Shown: positions 25,537 to 37,700 of the stretch, piece by piece
Layout of the letters: every line of letters begins with the position of its first letter
How positions within the stretch are numbered: the first letter of the stretch is position 1
Source of the DNA: Eremomyces bilateralis CBS 781.70
Taxonomy: Eukaryota
Strand: one strand, 5' to 3'
DNA length: 64,000 nt
NCBI GenBank assembly: GCA_010015585.1
Contig: ML975157.1
Position numbers and translations under genes: made by a program
Notes under the pieces: generated by a model
What the model was told of the DNA's origin: nothing
What the model saw: only the letters and a program-made list of their open reading frames with translations
Databases searched by the model: none

Positions 25537-26709
25537 ATGGCTCTCGTGGCATACGGCTCCGATTCCGATGTCTCCGACAGCGAGACTGCCGCCCCTACGC
25601 CTTCTTCCATAAAACCCACCCCAGAACCGAAAACCTCGAAACCGTCGACCAAACCATCGTTCAAGAAAGTCGTCGACCGATCCAACCCTCACAAGATCCG
25701 CGTGGACCTCCCGAGTCTGTCCCAGGCACCGGACGAGGATACGCCAGAGGATGGACCACCTTCCAAGAAGCCGCGCATTGGTGATTCAGGAATGGGGTTT
25801 AACTCCTTCCTTCCTGCGCCAAAGAACCGGGCAAAGCCATTAGGTCGGGGAGTCAGTCTAAAAACGGGTGCCGAGCCGGCATTTAGTAGAGAATCTACAA
25901 TGTCTCAACTACCGAGTCGATCGGACGGTACCATCCCTACAGCTGCGCATTCGGACAGCCAGCAAGTTGGTTCGACGACATCCGAAGCAACGGCCTCGGA
26001 GGCGTCGAAAGAGGTGAAGTTGGTTGGTAAAGCCACGATGTTCAGACCGTTGTCGGTTGCAAACAAAAAGAAGCAGAAGGCAAAAGCGACGACCGTGGCT
26101 CAGGCTCGTCGAGCTGCTACAAACATACAGACGGCTCCTACGGGACGCGAGCCAGGCACGGGTGCAGTGCAGGAGACCAAGCCAAAGAAGGTGTCATTAT
26201 TCTCCTTCGCTAGCGAGGAAGCTGAGTCCAGCCACGTGCCAGACCCAGTGCAGGATGCTGGCTATACTCCCCTATTATACACGGAGAGTCGACCAGATGG
26301 CACAGTAGCCGAGGAGGTGCCCGAGGACCTCCACAATGGATCCACGACACACCAGCAAGCGAATGCTCCAGAAGGCGGCCCGCAGTCTCTCAACCAAATC
26401 GCCTCCGACCTCAACCTCTCTGAATCCGCGCGCCGACAGCTCTTCGGCCGTCAGAAAGGCAAACCGGGCAGCTCCGCGGCGGCGGCGAGCGTGCTCAACT
26501 TCAACACGGACCAGGAGTACGCGGCCAACGAGGTGCTGCGAGCGGCGGGCGAGACGGTGCAGCACAATCCGGTCAAGGCGATCGCTCCGGGCAAGCACTC
26601 GCTGAAGCAGCTGGTGAACGCGGCGAGTAGCCAGCGGGAGGCGTTGGAGGAGTCGTTTGCGACGAATAAGAGGAATAAGCGGGAGGCGGGGGGGAGGTAT
26701 GGATGGTAG
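25537..26709 (+). CDS. PRCC-like (mitotic checkpoint regulator / spliceosome-associated) protein
   Basis: MALVAYGSDSD start and C-terminal KHSLKQLVNAA...LEESFATNKRNKREAGGRYGW match the PRCC family pattern. Confidence 0.82.
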   Translation: MALVAYGSDSDVSDSETAAPTPSSIKPTPEPKTSKPSTKPSFKKVVDRSNPHKIRVDLPSLSQAPDEDTPEDGPPSKKPRIGDSGMGFNSFLPAPKNRAKPLGRGVSLKTGAEPAFSRESTMSQLPSRSDGTIPTAAHSDSQQVGSTTSEATASEASKEVKLVGKATMFRPLSVANKKKQKAKATTVAQARRAATNIQTAPTGREPGTGAVQETKPKKVSLFSFASEEAESSHVPDPVQDAGYTPLLYTESRPDGTVAEEVPEDLHNGSTTHQQANAPEGGPQSLNQIASDLNLSESARRQLFGRQKGKPGSSAAAASVLNFNTDQEYAANEVLRAAGETVQHNPVKAIAPGKHSLKQLVNAASSQREALEESFATNKRNKREAGGRYGW

Positions 26710-27141
26710 ATTGTCTCGGGCATCTGCTGAAGAGATACATGATGATATTATAGAGTTGATCCCATCCCGTACTTGCTAATTCAACGCATATCTGCCCACG
26801 AATTCTCAATAGGAATCCTCAGCAACCTCTTGCATCGCAGTCCCACCCGCATTTGTGTTATAGATGTATCCTCCGAACATAATTCTAGACGCACCAACTC
26901 CTTTCTGTATTCTTACCCTTGGATCTAAGATGCTGAGTATGGTGCAGCCCAGACCAATTAATCCAGTCCATCGATATTCGATACCAACATATAGACACCT
27001 AGCATGCCTTATCGCCTGAATTCCTCATTGCATCTCAACCTTCTCCCCAACGTCACTAAAACAATCCCGCACAGTTCGAATAGAATACATGTCGACACCC
27101 ACGCCATTCCCTCCAGGTAACTGACACACCAATTCCCGAAC

Positions 27142-28103
27142 ATGGCGACCCCGCCCGAAGAAGCAAAAAAGACCATGTCGGCACAAGAGCAAGCCCGCCT
27201 CCGCCGCGAACGACGAAACGCCAAAATCGCAGCCGGCGGCGCATCTCGTCTGGCGGCCATCACGAGCCTCAGCGGCCGTCCGGCCCCGGAACCGGAAGAG
27301 GGTATATTTCTCTACCCGATCTATTCGATATATTCTCTAACTAGGATATAGCACGAATCGCACCAAGTCCGCAGACCTCAACATCAGGACAGGCATCACC
27401 ATCTCCTGCACGACAGCAACCTCCCCACGCCATGCAACAACCCCCATTTGACACCCCCGACTCCTCCGCCGACCCAATGCTCGCCATGCTCCAACAAATG
27501 CTCCAAGCCCAAAGCGGCGACCAGACTCCCGGCGGCGGCCCCCCACCCGACTCATTCGCCGGCCTCCCACCCGGCCTAGCGCAAATGCTCGGCGCCCCCC
27601 CTCCTCCTGGCGGCCAACCCGGCGGCCCCCCATCAGATCCATTCGCCGGCCTCCCACCCGGCCTGGCGCAGATGCTCGGCGCCGGGCAGTCAGGGCAGGC
27701 GACGCTGAAGCCGCAGACGAGCTACGCGTACGTGTGGCGGATCGTGCACGCAGTGTTTAGTCTTGTGCTGGGGTTCTATGTCGCGGTGGGCACGGGGTTT
27801 ACGGGGAGTGAGCGCGGGCGGGGGGTGCCAGCAGACGGGGTGCAGTATCACTTTGCCCAGCGGTTGTTTCTGATCTTCGCGACGGCGGAGGTGGGGTTGC
27901 AGACGACGCGGTATTTTCTGGAGCGGGGGCAGCTTCCGGCGAGCGGGATGCTGGGGAAGGTGGCGATGATGGCGCCGGAGCCGTGGGCGGGGTATGTGCG
28001 GGTGGTGGGGCGGTATGCTGTGATATGGAATACGATTGTGGCGGATGCGATGGCGGTGGTGTTTGCGTTGGGGGTGGTGGCGTGGTGGAATGGGGGGAAA
28101 TAG
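27142..28103 (+). CDS. GET2: GET complex subunit Get2-like ER membrane protein
   Basis: N-terminal QARLRRERRNAKIAAGGASRL basic motif, low-complexity middle, about three C-terminal hydrophobic helices. Intron at about 27302-27351. Confidence 0.75.
27529..27683 (+). repeat. Intragenic tandem duplication, 87-bp period (D[SP]FAGLPPGLAQMLGA x2)
   Basis: CATTCGCCGGCCTCCCACCCGGCCT.GCGCA.ATGCTCGGCGCC at 27553 and 27640. Confidence 0.92.
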
Positions 28104-28262
28104 GGGCCGGGCATAAAAGGCATTCGCTTGGCTGGGGTTTCCAAGCGCGTTTATTGCGTTGGGTGTGTTTATACACAATATAATACATAGGTTGAAAGGC
28201 CACAAAACTTCCTGGCCTTCCCAAGAAGCGGGCCTTATTTCCTTAATATCCAATGTGGTGTC

Positions 28263-29176
28263 TCAAGCTAGATTGGCCATGTACTCTCGCTCCGCGTCTT
28301 CCCGCTTCTTCGTTTCCGCTGCCCGGTACCTATCATCGGCGCTCCGTTCCAAGAACTTCTTAATTTCCGCCTGCTGCTTCCGATCTTCCTCGGTTTGCTT
28401 CACCGATTGCGCGGACGTGATATCCTGCACTTCCTGGAGGATCTTGCTCCAATGTCGGTATTTCATATCGAGGATGTAGCGGGAGTTGGCTTGGTCGCTG
28501 ATGGACGCGGTGGGTTGGGTGGATGCCGTTCGCTTTTCGGCCTGTTTCGCGGACTCGGTCGCTTCCTCTGGAGACTTTGGTGTCTCGGCATCTGTCTCAC
28601 TCGGCGGATTTGACGGTTCTGACGGCTCGGACGATTTGGCGGTAGAGTCGGATGTCCCTTGGAATTGAGGGGCGGATGGCGGAGGAGGAGGCACTCTGGC
28701 GCCTTCGCGGAAATATATGAACATTCGAGAGTCTTTCGTGGGGTCTTGGAAGCGGTTGACAGTCATGGCGACGGCCGGGTTATGGTATTTCAGCGTGCTG
28801 AGGCATTTGGAGAAGAATTGGCTGGACGGCGACCGTTAGATGCAAATTCGGTATATTGGCTTTGCTGGACTGGCTTACGCTGGATATATGTTCCCATTGA
28901 GTCTTGAAAGACCGAACTCCAAGTGTAGCTTCGAGACTTCGGGTGATAGGGATATTGCGCCAGGGCCGACTCGAAGGTTCATTAACTATTGTATCCGGTA
29001 AGCCAACGCTCGTATCAAGTCGACCGTTAAACGCATGTGATGAATATGGCTGTCGAGAGGCATTCAATTTCAGCGTACCTTCTATGAATTTATTAGCTTC
29101 TGACTTCGACATCAACCCGCGACCAGATACTCACTGTCTTAAAGACGCGCATTCGACGACCAATGTGTGGAGGCAT
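28263..29176 (-). CDS. MRP49: Mitochondrial large-subunit ribosomal protein mL61 (Mrp49-like, L51/S25/CI-B8 domain)
   Basis: Spliced product MPPHIGRRMRVFKT-K-LMNLRVGPGA...LKYHNPAVAMTVNR...LDMKYR. Exons 29135-29176, 29079-29081, 28879-28985, 28263-28821. Confidence 0.8.
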
Positions 29177-29799
29177 CTTCACAGGTCTGGGACGTCCGAT
29201 GCGGTATCGGGTCCTATAACATCATAGAGCAACCGGTTCGCATACGAGGGTCCAGGTCTTTATCGTATCACTCTCGAAGAGACTCGGATCGGAAGCTGAT
29301 AGACGATTTATTTTCTAGACGTTGAATGCAGACTCGAGTTATGCGGCGCATATGGAAATTTGACATGGCAGTTGTGGCCTCGTTGCCTTATTTCATTCCC
29401 GGGGATCACTCTAGTCCTGTGACACTGGCAGTGTCGAGATGGAATTGGAGTCCAACACTGGATGTGGGATACATCCTATGAGAGAATAACATATGAATAG
29501 TCTCAAGCATGAAGGAAGTCATGCACACGGTTTTAAATCCATCTCGTAGCCGACGAAGTTCACTCCCATGAACGCAGCCCCTGAACAGGAGTAATCGAGA
29601 AAGAAATATACAACTGCCCAAAGACAAATGTATATTACGATACCACATATATATAGTGACAGGGTCTATGTATGTCAGGTCTATTGTCTAGGTTCTTTTA
29701 CACAATTCCGCTCAAATGCCAGATGCCTGTACAGCATCGCAAACCCTCTTCCCCTCTCAGAGTCTCATGCGAGTCTTGGATCACCCACTCTTCAATCCA

Positions 29800-30883
29800 T
29801 CAAACATCTGGCTCCGGCAGACCTTTCAACTTCCGATACAGCTTCTTGTGCTCCTCTAAGAAGAGGAACGTCGCAATGGTGTGCGGTCCCAAGCGAATGA
29901 AGCTAGGCACCCAGCCCCTGAACATCCACCCCAATCCCTCGGCCTTATAAATGTCCCCCAGCAGCTTCACGAGACTTTTATTCTCCGAGGAGCTCATCAC
30001 CCGCGTCTTGATGACATCCACAGGTGAGCAAATCGTCGTCGCCACCAACCCCGCCAGCACCGACGCCGTGAAATGCGTCGAGATGGTGTCCCCCATCCCC
30101 AGATGCGACCGCAGCAGCACTTTGAACTGATCATAGCTGGCTAGCTGGCTCGCAGTCATCATCATGGCGCGCGTGCTGTTCGGCCAGATGCCGCGCCAGA
30201 TGCTCCCACGTCCCTCTTCGCGGACCATGCGCACGAGGCCGTCGATGGCGTGTTTGTAGTTGCGGCGGTCGGCGGGCGCGAGGGCGGCGTCGTGTTGCAT
30301 GCGCACGTTTAGGACGTCGGCGGGTGTGCCGGCCATGCCGCCGATGAACCCGGATGTCGCGGCCATCCCTATCAGGGCGGGGAAGGATGGTCTTTGAGTG
30401 GGGGTGGTGACCCGCTCCTTTAATTCTTCGTAGATTCCGAAGCGAGTGGTGCTGTAGGTGATCTGACGCAGGAGAGCCGCTGATAACTACCTGTTGTTAG
30501 AGGGAAAGGTTTCCTACGGGATTGGCAGCACCTACTCCGCTGTATAACCCCAATGGACCGCTAGATTGCACCACATGCACAAACATTTGCAGCATGTTTC
30601 GCTGCGGGCCGGCTACGCTTTGCGTTTGAAGGCGGACCTATAATATGGTTAATAGCTGGATTCGCGGGTCGTATCAAGCCTCGAAATACCTTCACTGCGA
30701 TGAGGTTAGCTCTGCGATTCTATATTGCTTGCGTAGACGCGTCCACTCACCAAGATCCAGAGGATGTGTCACACATGCTGCGAAACATGACGCTGAGCCG
30801 CCGAACCAGAATGGATAGTGGATTGTAGCCTTCGTAGAGGCGTTCTTTTGACCTGTCGTCACCGCATCGGAAGAAGAAGACAT
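29800..30883 (-). CDS. DIC1: Mitochondrial dicarboxylate carrier
   Basis: HYPFWFGGSASCFAACVTHPLDLVKVRLQ and three PX[DE]XX[KR] carrier repeats. Exons 30751-30883, 30690-30694, about 30536-30637 and 29800-30486. Confidence 0.93.
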
Positions 30884-31416
30884 GACTCCGAGACCATGGT
30901 GCTGCAACTGCAAAGGAAGATATAAACCCAATTCGCTAAGCCAGCGCTGGAGGAAGGGCAAGAAAGAGGCCGGGTCGTCGGTAAACAGTACGGGCTACGA
31001 ACAGGACGAACTCGGGAACAAAGTTGATCTTGACGACGATAATAATGGGGAATAGGGAATAAACATGAAAGTACCTTACTAGTTATTACCGGAGAAGTCG
31101 ACTAAATTTTGGGATTCTACGCCGTACCGTCATACCGCCCGGCGGGCGCCCGGCTCCCCGAGGTCGGCACTACCGACAGCCTAACGCACCATCCGAATAT
31201 TTGCCGTTTGTCACGTTTCGGTGCTCCAGACTTGATTCAACGCGTCGCGAAAAGTACTGTACGTAGTGAACGGGATCTAACCGGAATCGTTCTAAGGCCT
31301 GGAAATCTAGAATATAACATCAAAGTTGGATCGGTGGTTCGACATCGTCACATCGACACCCAGCTCCCGTGAGTAACCATCATCAAGGGATGCGTATATC
31401 TAAAGGCTAGCGGGAG

Positions 31417-33076
31417 ATGTCGAAGAGATGTATTGCAGTCGCAATACCAACGCGGAGGGCATGGATACCTTCATGTCGGCGGTTTAGCAGTGGTGAGTGC
31501 TCTCTATTTGGGTTTCCTTTTAGATCATGCATATCTTGTTCAGCCCATCGCTTGATAGCTTAATTGGCCTGTGTAGCCTCTCCGATTGTTCTCTTCTATC
31601 CAACATCGATACCGAGACCATCTTGTAGCCGCTGAGAAGCCATGGAAACATTGTATGAGACCAAAGAGGTCCAGTTACGTCCCATTCGTGTTTCAGTTAT
31701 TGGCGGCAATATATGGTTGACGTCCGTCCAGTGCTAACATTGTTCAAGATGCACGCGACTCCTTGAAGCTTCTGGACAAGTCATATCCCACCGATTCCTG
31801 GACAAATGTCCCCTCCACGATCTCCCGCCTCCTCCCAAGACGCCTCCACCTCCAACCCGACCACCCGATCACCATCACCCGCCGCTTAATCGAATCCCGC
31901 TTTCCCTCCTTCGCCACCCACAACTCCCTCTCCCCCATCGTCTCCGTTCACCAGAACTTCGACAGCCTCGGCTTTCCCGTCGACCATCCCGGCCGCTCGC
32001 GCACCGATACGTACTACGTGAACCAAGACACCGTCCTCCGCACCCACACGTCCGCCCACCAAGCCGACACCTTCGCCAGCCTCGGCGCCTCCGACGAGGG
32101 CTTCCTTATCAGCGCTGACGTGTACCGGCGCGATGCCGTCGACCGATCGCACTACCCCGTCTTCCACCAGATGGAAGGTGCGATGATGTGGTCGCGCGAC
32201 CCGTCCGGCTCCTCGTCGCTCAGCGAGCGGATCTGGGCGGACGTAGAAAAGCTGCGGCGGTTGGAGGACGTCGAGGTGAGCGACCCGAACCCGACGGTGC
32301 ATCCTGAGCGGAATCCGTTGCAGAAGTATCATGAATTGGGTGATGTCGAGGCGATTGCGGCGCACTTGAAACGGAGCTTGGAGGACGTGGTGAGGGAGAT
32401 CTTCGCAGCGGCGAAGGCGGTGACCGAGCCGGGGAGCGAAGGGGAGGCGCTGAAGGTCCGGTGGGTCGAGGCATATTTCCCCTTCACCAGCCCGTCGTGG
32501 GAGCTGGAAGTCTATTGGCAGGGCGACTGGCTCGAGGTTCTGGGGTGCGGTGTCGTGAAGCAAGAAATCATGATCGAAGCCGGCGCGCCGGATAAGATAG
32601 GATGGGCGTTCGGCCTCGGGCTGGAGAGGATTGCCATGCTGCTCTGTTCGATCCCGGACATACGACTATTTTGGTCGCAGGACGAGCGGTTTTTATCCCA
32701 ATTCCGGGAGAAACGGGGCGATGATGGGACGTACCAGGTCAACAAATTCGTCCCGTTCTCGAAACATCCTCCATGCCCGAAGGATGTCTCGTTCTGGCTG
32801 CGAGGTACTTCGAGCGCCGGGGGCGGAACGAAGGGGAACACGCACGATTTTCACGAAAACGACATCATGGAGCTAGTCCGCGACATTGCCGGCGACATCG
32901 TCGAAGATGTCTCCCTGGTCGACGAGTTCACGCATCCCAAGACGGCGCGGAAAAGCATGTGCTACAGGGTCATCTATCGCAGCCTGGAGCGCACCCTCAC
33001 GAACGAGGAGGTCAACGGCCTCCACGAAAAGGTTCGAGGAGGCCTGGTGGAACGGCTGGGGGTCGAGCTGAGATAA
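31417..33076 (+). CDS. MSF1: Mitochondrial phenylalanyl-tRNA synthetase
   Basis: LRTHTSAHQ, YRRDAVDRSHYPVFHQMEG, AFGLGLERIAM and C-terminal ferredoxin-fold anticodon domain. Presequence exon 31417-31492 joined in frame across intron 31493-31748. Confidence 0.93.
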
Positions 33077-36000
33077 TGCGATCCGACGTGTGCATATATC
33101 AAGAACGAGACGTGTGTAAGATAGATTTTCAACAGACCCCGTTCCTCCGCTCTTCATGTCTATGTGTTCTATTTCATGACTCCTACTCTGCGTTCAGGCT
33201 AAAGATATTCTTTCTATTCTGCTTTTACTCGTTCTTTGCCAGGACGAACACTATGCACCAAGAAAGGTACGACGAACTCCGTCAGGTACATCTTGGCCGT
33301 CCACCAGTCCGTGTGCCTGGTCGCATGACAAACAAGTGTCCATCGAGATGTCTTCTCGTGCCTGTGTGTATACTGTTAGCTTCGTTGAGTCATTTTCGAG
33401 TGGACCCCTGCCCGCATTTGTTCAACAGTTAGTGCCTCGGCCAACCTGCCAAGTGCCTACCTATTTATTTAAGTTTGCGCCGCTCGGTTTGGTGGATTGC
33501 GCACGGAACTGATCCGCAGTATTTTGACTCACGGGAACACGGGAACACATCTGCACATCAGCGCAACCTCATGCCGGTCTATGCTCACCAAACAAGCGCT
33601 TCTATCGGTATCGTCAATCGTGGCATCCGGTGGATTGACCTGGCTCATGGCTCGAAACCGATACGAGAGGAATTTGCAACGGGCGCCCGCGTTTGATCAT
33701 GGCAGAGCTGTCGGATGTTGTATTGTCCTGACAGGCAATCCAATATTTTCCCTCGTGCCTAAGCAGAGTGCAAAACGGCAACGGGGTTGCGCCCAACCTC
33801 TAAGTTTGAACATTGAAGTCCTCAGACTATGATCGTCGCAGCCACGATAGCTAAAGTTGTCGGTTGCCCTCCTCGATCTACTGTTTGAGTCCGAAAAGTG
33901 TTTTACCTGCCTCGAACGGGAAGCCGACCAATTCCATTTCAGGAAACACGCTGCAGAACATTCAAGAGGCGTTCTCTTGGACGATCATTAGGGCATTATG
34001 TGTTTCAGTGAGGCCGATAGTCAGTTCCATGCCCCAGCTGCGTCCCAGGTCAATAGTTTATTTGTTCATCGAGTAGTGTCGAGAATAGACAATACGAAAG
34101 CCTCTATGCAGGATCTCTGGGTATAGCACCTCATACAATCAAGTCATGATTCTTGGTCAAAGCTTGATTGTGTGGTCAGGCTGGCCTCTCCGGCGTCTTC
34201 CACAATCAACCTCCAGACATTGTACGGCTTTCCAAGAACTTAGCTGAGATTCATGGTTCCCGTCAGAATAGATGTTGTAGAGCAGCACTGGGATAGTATG
34301 GTCTCCAATGGAGGGGAATGTTGTCCATTGCGCGGTCATTCAGTGTCATCCGCCGTTTCCCAAGGGTGTATGTCGAATTGTTTCTGCACCATGAGTTTGA
34401 TCTGAGAAGCTGTTCCTTCAAATGTTGTGTCCGTTACAACACATTGTTTCGTGTGGAAAACATGAATCGAACACTCGCTTGTAACGTTCTGTGTAACACT
34501 TCTCAGCCACTTTGTTGGAGAAGCACTCTCTTCTCCATGCTGATCATTGGGGACCTACTCTTAATTGACAGAGTGAAAGTCTCAATTCTGCAAAACTCGA
34601 GAAATCTCGACAAGGGGAGTCCAGTCCTTCACCACGGAGCATTTAATACGAAGTTGTATGAAGAATGCTGTCAACACGTTAGATTTTAGACGCAACCTAG
34701 TAAATAGTAGGGCGAAAGGCAGGCACGGTCGCATGCTTCTGCAGAACAAAAGTCAAAGAGACACTATGGTACTGTAGTTCGCTCTAGTTAGCTATAGCAA
34801 TCTATATTACATTTCTTTCGGACCGGCATTCCGACGATGGGATTCCCATGAGGCGAAGCCGTGAATAAACCTCATACACCTGTATATTCTCAACTTCTCA
34901 AACCCGTCTTGGTGATAACCGCTGCACAGCTGAAGTTGTATTTGTGCGAAATGGCGTGGTTGCAACGCGCTCCGATGGAAATTTACGACACCAGGAGGAC
35001 TTGGCGCAAAGATCTTCAACTGGCGATCGCGAAAGATGCGGCGGGAGATCCGGAAGAGCCGTCCCAATGCCCTATCTCGAAGTTCCAGCTTCATAGCGGT
35101 GAACGGATCGATCGGGAAACGAAGAGAGGCAAGCAACAGGCATGGAGCGCTCAATCCTGACAGGACACTGGAGTTTTGCGCTTCAGACGACAAGAGTCAC
35201 TCCTCTCTCAAATCGATTCGCGGTCGGTTCTGCCATTTCTTGCTGCCACCGATGAGACACTCCCGACATATCTCCCGAGATCCTCCGATCCTGGCTTCGG
35301 AGGATTGTCGAGAAATAGAAAATCGGTCGTTCCTGGGGTTTCGCAAGGTCACGAAACACATGCTAAGGGGTATATTAGAAGATGATATAGGGTACATGAC
35401 CCGGTCTCGCCTCGCCAACCTGTAAGAATGGAGTATTTCCCAGCCACCCCTCCTTGGATGGTTGTTAATACATATATCAAATGGCTGGGGGGTGGGGACC
35501 TGGCCTATCTGGTTTCTCAAATGCCGGTCCATGTCGTCGCGTGGCAATCTGACATGGGAGCACAACTGCTTTCCCATCGCACTAACGTCGGATGCTCAGG
35601 CCCGTCAGTGGTCGAACTCGATTTGTCACGCCCGCACCCTGAACAGGCCAATGTTAGTGGGAGAGGCCTAGCAAGCCGCAGATAATATTCGCAGACGAGG
35701 AAATTGATCGGTCTTGGAATTGCGCAATACGAGTACCGGAAATGCTCCCGCTTTTCCCATGAGATTTGATCCTCAGTAATTTCCATCAAGCGTCATTGTT
35801 CCAAGGTACCGTATGCAATATACCGTACGGAATACCGGTCGTGCTTGCACTACTTATCTTTGTTGAAATGTTCATGGGCGACGCGTGACAAGTGAGGAAG
35901 AATCGAAGCAGCAGGGGTGGTCTTCTTTGCTTTTGGTCGTCGGCCGCTATTCACTGGCGTGTTAAGACCAGGAATGTCATTAGTACAAATATGAAATACC

Positions 36001-37700
36001 ACATACAGCTTCCTGCTTCAGGACGTTCATGACTTCAGGTATTCCTTGTTGGTGGATCTCGATCGGCCTAGGTGGAGACTGGGGGAGCCAAAAGGGAGTT
36101 CGTCCACAAAATTGCCGCAAGAGTACTCCGTACCTCCGCAGAATCCGCACGGAGTAACGGACAGCCCTTCCAAGAAGGTGATACAGAGCAAGGAAATCGG
36201 ATGCTAACTGATGACTGGAGACCATCTTAGTCCTTCAGTCCTCAATACTTTATTAAGGCTTACAATCGTCGGTAGCTATCCGTACAAGCCCGCTACGAGA
36301 CTATGACTGCCTTGCATCATGTACGGAGTATATTGCTTGCTTCGGACGATGGCATTTTGGACATCGAGCTATTGGCTAATGCTAATTTGAGGGCCTTGCC
36401 CACCAACGGAAAAACGAGATACCCCGCGCTGCGGAGAATAATTCCCATGTATTATGATGTATCAGAGTTCAGACCATCATCCAGGCTAGTGCCCTAGTCC
36501 AGACAGGTATCCTGACTTCCTGAGACCAGCAAGAGGCCCCGTCTTCTAAACGCGTGACAAGGTAATTGGTAACGACCAAGTGCCTGGGCACTGTCAAGGT
36601 CATCGCTCAACAATCCACGGGGGCCACCACCCATCAACTCCGCCAAAGCCGTCAAAAATGCGAGCACGAGCGGTTTGCTGGGGCCAGACCTTGCAGCATC
36701 TGAACTTCTGACGCTCAGTCCCCCGGCAGCGAGAATCCGAAAAACACCATCCTCGTCCCTGGATACATTGCTCCGCTTTGGCCAGCGGGTCACCAGGCCA
36801 AAAGTCAAAAAGCCACTCGGCGTCGGACCTTCAACGGTGGTGGTTCGGCCGCGGCGAAAATAGCGAAGAAACAAACAAACGAATTCCATCACATCGTGAT
36901 GGAAGAAGCAAAAGTAAATGGTGAACCGCTGCGACCCTCCAAAGCACACCCTTGGCTATCTCGATCAACAGTGGTAACATAGCGACTCAGCGAGTGCGGA
37001 GAACTGGAGGTGTTGAAGAGGTTTTTTGTGAAGAAGCCGTGTCTGATCTCCACACTCCCGACAGAGAGAGAACAAAGCGTCCACTATCCCGGACCAAGTA
37101 CGATAATAGTCGCGGGGAATAAAATACCTGATGCATAAGATGTCAAGTGGGTGACCACGATCCTGAATTGCTTCACCGTCTGGGCCACTTAGCGTTTGCT
37201 TTAATGTCCCAGGAAAGTATTATTTCCGGGGTACCAGGACTTATGGATGCTAGCTATTATTGCTTCAGGCATCCGAACAGGATCTTCGGTCTGGAGTGTT
37301 CGACAGTGGGGCTCATCACCAACAGAATCCAGATAAGTCGCACAGGGCCGGTACTGGCGTTTCATCCTCAGTCCCTCCCTCTAGCCCTGTTTTGACGGGA
37401 ACGGCATGGCGGCCGGATTTTGCCTTTTTTGACAGGTTTGGTTCAGGCGCTTCCTCCTCGAAGCACGATGCTTCTGGGCGCGACCTGGAGGATTCGGCGT
37501 GCATCGTGCATGCCAACATGGGACCCAGCGGGTGATGACAGGAGCTACTTGCTTAAAACCCTATGTCATCCGCGCCTTTCAAACAGTATCAACATGGCTG
37601 CATGTTTGACATGTCCGAACGAGTCTCATCTTTTCTTTTGAAGGGGACCCGGCCGATTTAAGCGTATCGTTTTGCTGGGAAAGGGATATCCGCCTCTGCC

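Noticed and set aside
31620..31660. GCTGAGA in the MSF1 intron suggesting a TPP riboswitch
   Set aside because: The downstream conserved TPP core (CTTGAT..GATAAT..AGCGAAAGG-like) is absent and the gene is unrelated to thiamine.
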